Shown here in pieces: positions 58,865 through 64,000 of a stretch of 64,000 bases of DNA (position 1 is the stretch's first letter; each line of letters starts with the position of its first letter). The translations under genes and the position numbers were made by a program. The DNA lies in NCBI RefSeq assembly GCF_963921235.1, contig NC_086097.1, positions 77,316,001 through 77,380,000 on the forward strand, in the 5' to 3' direction. This DNA comes from Mobula hypostoma (lineage: Eukaryota). The notes under the pieces are model-generated. The model did no database searches. It was not told where the DNA came from and was given only the letters and a program-made list of their open reading frames with translations.

Positions 58865-60167
58865 TTGCTGATTTGCAATTTGCCTATCACCACAATAGGT
58901 CAACGGCAGACACAATCTCAATGGCTCTCCACATGGCTTCAGACCACCTGGACAGCACAAACACCTACATCAGGTTGCTGTTCATCGACTATAGCTCAGC
59001 ATTTAATACTATCATTCCCACAATCCTGATTGAGAAGTTGCAGAACCTGGGCCTCTGCACCTATCTCTGTAATTTTATCCGCGACTTCCTAACCAGAAGA
59101 CTGCAATTTGTGTGGATTGGTGATAACATATCCTCCTTGCTGCCAATCAACACTGGCGCACTTCAGGGGTGTGTGCTTAGCCCACTGCCCTTCTCTCTAT
59201 ATACACATGACTGTGTGACTAGGCATAGCTAAAATACCACCTATCAATTTGCTGATGATACAACTATTGTTGGTAGAATCTTAGGTGATGATGAGAGGGC
59301 ATACAGGAGTGAAATATGCCAACTAGTGGAGTGGTGTCACAGCAACAACCTGACACTCAACAGTCAGTAAGATGAAAAAGCTGATTGTGGACTTCAGGAA
59401 GGGTAAGACGAAAGAACACATGCCAATCCTCATAGAGGGATCAGAATTGGAGAGAGTGAGCAGCTTCAAGTTCCTGGATGTCAAGATCTCTGAGGATCTA
59501 ACCTGGTTCCAACATTATCGATGTAGTTGTAAAGAAGGAAAGACAGCGGCTTTACTTTATTAGGAGTTTGAAGAGATTTTGCATGTTAACAAATACACTC
59601 AAAAACTTATATAGTTGTACTGTGGAGAGCATTCTGACAGGCTGCATCACTGTCTGGTATGGGGTGGGGGGGGGGGCATACTGCACAGGACCGAAAGAAG
59701 CTGCAGAAGGTTGTAAATCTAGTCAGCTCTGTCTTGGGTACTAGCCTACAAAGTACCCAGGACATCTTCAGGGAGCAGTGTCTCAGAAATGCAGCGTCCA
59801 TTATTAAGGACCTCCAGCACCCAGGGCCTGCCCTTTTCTCACTGTTACCATCAGGTAGGAGGTACAGAAACCTGAAGGCACACGCTCAGCGATTCAGGAA
59901 CAGCTTCTTCCTCTCTGCCATCCAATTCCTAAATGGACATTGAATCTTTGGACACTACCTCACTTTTTTTTAATATACAGTATTTCTTTTCTTGCACAGT
60001 TTTAATAATCTATTCAATATATATAATTGATTTACTTGTTTATTATTATTATTTTTATTTTATTTATTCTTTTCTCTGCTAGATTTTCTATTGCATGGAA
60101 TTGCTGCTGTTAAGTTAACAAATTTCTCGTCACATCATGGTGATAATAAACCTGATTCTGATTCTGA
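58865..60167 (+). mobile_element. Rex1/Babar-type LINE RT-to-tail fragment
   Basis: [43 protein letters not shown] plus a (GATTCT)n tail. Confidence 0.92.
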
Positions 60168-60179
60168 GTACAAAAGTCA

Positions 60180-63100
60180 TTGGCTTGCGGTAGTTTGGTG
60201 TTTTGAGCAGCAGCCAATCGGTGATTGGGATTGATTGACAAGAACAGACTAAAGTAAGGTCGGGACAAGCAGAGTGGCCATTGTTGAAGTTGACAGTGTT
60301 AGAGTGGACATTCTGAGACTTTAGGTCTACGAGGCTTCAGTGAGGAGAGGCTTGAGTGAGAAAAATTTAAAAAGCTGTAGGTAGATTTTTTTTTCCCAAT
60401 TTATATATAGTTTTTCCTTCTTTATATTTGCTCAGTTACAACTGTAGGGATGCCAGGCAGGATAGTTGAATGCTTCTCTTGCAGGATGTGGGAAGGTAGG
60501 GAGACTGCCAGTGTCCCTAACTACTACATCTGTGAGGAGTGCATCCAGCTGCAGCTTCTAACACTTCACATTAAGCAGCTGGAGCTGGAACTGGATGAAC
60601 TTTGGGAGGCTTGAGGGGGTGATATAGAGAGTACACCCAAGGTGCAGGACACAGGAAATTAGGAGAGAGGAAGGGTAATGTGTTAAACAGCCAGTGCAGA
60701 GTACACTTGTGGCCTTCTCCCTCAACAATATGTATGCAACTTTGGATACTGTTGAGGGGATAACTGAGAAGAGGAAAGTCATAGTAGGCAGGTCTCTGTC
60801 ACTGGGTCTGGCACTGTGACTCAGAAGGGAAGGGGGGTGGGGGGAAGAGAGGCAAGCTGTGCAGATAGGAGATTTGTTAGGGGAACAAAAAGAAGGTTCC
60901 ATGGATGAGAACGAGATTAATGGATGGTAAGTTGCCTCCTGGTTGCTAGGGTCCAGGACATCTTGAATCAAGTCCTCAGCATTCTTAATTGGGAGGGTGA
61001 ACAGCCCAGAGGTCATGGTCTATGTAGGTACCAATGACATGGGTAGGAAGAGTGACTAGGTTCTGCAAAGTGAGTTCAGGGAGTTAGGTGGTAAGTTAAA
61101 GTCAGGGGGTTGTGATCTCAGGATTGCTACCCGTGCCACGTGCCAGTGAGGCCAGAAAGAGGAAGATTATACAGTTTAACACGTAGTTAAGGAGTTGCTG
61201 TAGGAGGGAGGGGATCAGATTTTTTGATTATTGGGCTTTCTTGCAGGGAAGGGGAATCTGTACAGAAGAGACTGTTTACATCTGAACTGGAAAGTGACTA
61301 ATATCTTAGTGGGATGGTTTACGAGTGCTGCACAGGGTGGTTTAAACTAGAGTTGCAGGGGGCATAGGAACCAGAGTATCAGAATAGTTAGTGGAGAGGT
61401 TGTGGAGGCAGATGTTGTTAAGACCTCAGACAAAGTCAGAAATCAAAAGGTTGAGTATGGTGCAATTAATGTCCTAATCTGTGTATATTTTCATGCAGCA
61501 AATATTAATATGAAAGGGATGAGCTCAGAGCGTGGATCAACACCTGGAATTATGACGTTGTGGTCATTAGTGAGACTTGGTTGACGAAGGGGCAGGACTG
61601 GCAGTTGAATATTCTGGGCTTCCGTTGTTTTAGACGTGACAGAGTGGGAAGGCTTAAAGGAGGAGGGGTGGTGTTAATAGTCAGGGGAAGTGTCACGGCA
61701 GTGCTCAGTCAGGACAGACTGGAGAACTTATCTACTAAGGTGTTATCGGTGCAATTTGGTATAAGAAAGGTGCGACCACATTAATGGGACCCATCAGTCT
61801 GCGAGATTTAGAGGAACAAATTTGGAGAGTGATCGCAGACTATTGCAAGAAACATAAGATTGTTATAGCAGGTGATTTTTAACATTCCACATATTGACTT
61901 GGATTCCCATAGTGTAAAAGGATTGGATGGGATTTGTCAAATGTGTTCTGGAAAGCTTTCTGAATCAGTATGCGGATGTCCCAATGAGAGAATGTGCGAT
62001 ACATGATATGCTATGAGGGAATGAAACAGGGCAGGTCACAGAAGTTTGTGTAGGTGAACACTTTGCATCTAGTGATCACAATGTTGTTAGTTTCAAAGCA
62101 AATATGCAAAAAGATAGGTCTGGTCCCTGGTTTCAGATTCCAAATTGAAGAAAGGCCAATTTTGATGGTATCAGAAAATATCTGGCAAATGTGGACTGGG
62201 ACAGGATGTTTTCTGGTAAAGGTGCACTTGGTGAGTGGGAGACCTTCAAAAGTGATGGCCAGCATGGCTTTGTGTTTTGTAGGTTGTGTCTTCCCAATCT
62301 TACAGGGTTTTTTGAGGAGGTTACCAGGAAAGTTAATGAAGACTAGGCAGTGGATGTCGTCTATGCAGACTTTAGTAAAGCATTTGACAAGGTCCAACAT
62401 GGGAGGTTGGTCAAGAAAGTTTAGTCACTCGACATTCAAGATGAAAAATTAAATTGGATTAGAGGGAGAAGCCAGAGAGTGGTAGTAGATAGTTGCCTGG
62501 AGGCCTCACTGGAGTCCTGTGACTAGTGGTGTGCTGCAGGAATCAGTGCTGGGTCCACTGTGGTTTGTCATCTATATCAGTGATCTGGATGATATCATGG
62601 TTAACTGGATCAGCAAGATTGGGGGTGTAGTGGACAGCGAAGAAGACTACCTGAGCTTGCAGAGGGATCTAGACCAGCTGGAAAAATGGGCTGAAAAATG
62701 GAAGATGGAATTTAATGCAGACAAGTGCGAGGTGTTGCACGATGGTAGGACAACCAAGGTAGGTCTTACACAGTGAACGGTAGGATGCTGAGGAGTGTAG
62801 TAGAACAAAGGGATCTGGAATACAGGTCCAGAATTCATTAAAAGTGGTGCCACAGTTAGATAGGTTCATAAAATAAGCTTTTGATACATCGGTATTCATA
62901 AATCAAAGTACTGAGTACAGGAGATGAATGCTGTGTTGAAGTTGTATAAGAGATTGGTGAGACCTAACTTGGAGAACTGTGGGCAGTTTTGGTCACCCAT
63001 CTACTAAAAAAATCTAAATGAAGTTGAAAGAGTACAGAGAAAATTCACAAAGATGTTGCCAGGTCTGGAGGACCTGGGTTCTGAGGATAGATTGAATAGA

Positions 63101-63440
63101 TTAGGACTTCATACCTTAGAACGTAGAAGATGGAGGGGAGATTTGATTGATGTACACAAAACTATGCGGGGTATAGATAGTGTAAATGCAAGCAGGTTTT
63201 ACCACTAATGTTGGGTGCAACTACAATCAGAGGTCATGGGTTAAGGGTGAAAGGTGAGAAGTTTAAGGGGAACATGAGGGGAAACCTCTGTGGATAGGTA
63301 TGTGGCTGGTTGGGGTATGGAGAGCTATGGTGCCGGTACAAGTCGATAGGAGGAGGCTGTTTAAATGTTTCAGCATGGGCTAGGTGAGCCAAGGGGCCAG
63401 ATTTTGTGCTGTACTTTTGTATGACTTTTGTACTATATGA
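60180..63440 (+). mobile_element. Near full-span degenerate CR1 (5' UTR, ORF1 zinc finger plus SGNH esterase, ORF2 with an internal deletion near 62255, tail)
   Basis: ORF1 from the ATG at 60450: CFSCRMWE...YICEECIQLQLL, IGD, VYVGTND, LHLN. ORF2: ISETWL, GGGV, ASSDHN, DFSKAFDKV, MEFNADKC. Confidence 0.88.
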
Positions 63441-63587
63441 CAAAGATGCACCAGTTAGTCGGTTAATTAATCATTATAACTTGTCCTGTGATTAGGCTAG
63501 GCTTAAATACGTGGGTTGCTGGGTGGTGCCACTAGTTGGGCCGGAAAACTCTGTATCACGCTGTATCTCTAAGTAAATAAAATAAAA
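63440..63587 (+). mobile_element. SINE 3' fragment
   Basis: CAAAGATGCACCAGTTAGT...TTGTCCTGTGATTAGGCTAGG...CTGTATCTCTAAGTAAATAAAATAAA. Confidence 0.6.
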
Positions 63588-64000
63588 TCTGCCCCTTCTT
63601 TCACAGACATGGCCTTTAATGTAAATGGTTACAACTATGTGATATTAATCTACACTTTGTACTAGAGAATTCCCATTTTAAATGGAGATGGTCTCTGGTT
63701 GACAAGAGAAGCTATAGCCCCATATATAGATTAATCCAAGCAACACAGTTCTTTTGCTTTTTGCAGGGACTCAGGTATCTCAGCTTTCAAAGACCCAATA
63801 GTAATGTGAATTCAAAGAAATCAATGCATCAGTAACACACAATGTGAAAATGAAGGACTGGCCTTGTTTGTTCTCTAACAGAGCAATACCTGGCTTGCAG
63901 TGCACTCCCACCTATAAATCAGCTTACTGTAAGTATTCAGATCAGGAGTGAAGTTGGAGAGGTATATTCACTCTGTGATATCCTCCAAACATCCCTTTCA

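Noticed and set aside
63750..63780. 8-nt microexon (TTTTTGCAG|GGACTCAG|GTATCT)
   Set aside because: Weak donor, frame-shifting length, and no associated gene.

Overview
Eukaryotic (vertebrate) non-coding DNA. The repeat repertoire (CR1, Rex1/Babar-type, RTE, Penelope-like elements, tRNA/V-SINE-like SINEs, Gypsy) suggests a cartilaginous fish such as a ray or shark; this is inference. I recognise no intact host protein-coding gene. Roughly half the window is layered, often nested, transposon debris: two Gypsy LTR retrotransposon remnants, several solo LTRs, about ten CR1 fragments (one nearly intact ORF2 at 25.7-28.2 kb), Rex1-type LINEs, an RTE with an inverted 5' part, and Penelope-like elements. 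Three observations stand out. (1) An intronless RBM25 fragment (RRM region) sits inside a Gypsy element in place of its RT/RNaseH/integrase core, consistent with host mRNA capture by an LTR retrotransposon. (2) There are five minimal type I hammerhead ribozyme motifs in Penelope-derived sequence; two are intact, and one of these lies in a 162-bp insert with a 14-bp TSD. (3) Several structures look like template switching or twin priming. All family assignments come from motif recognition by eye, not database searches.
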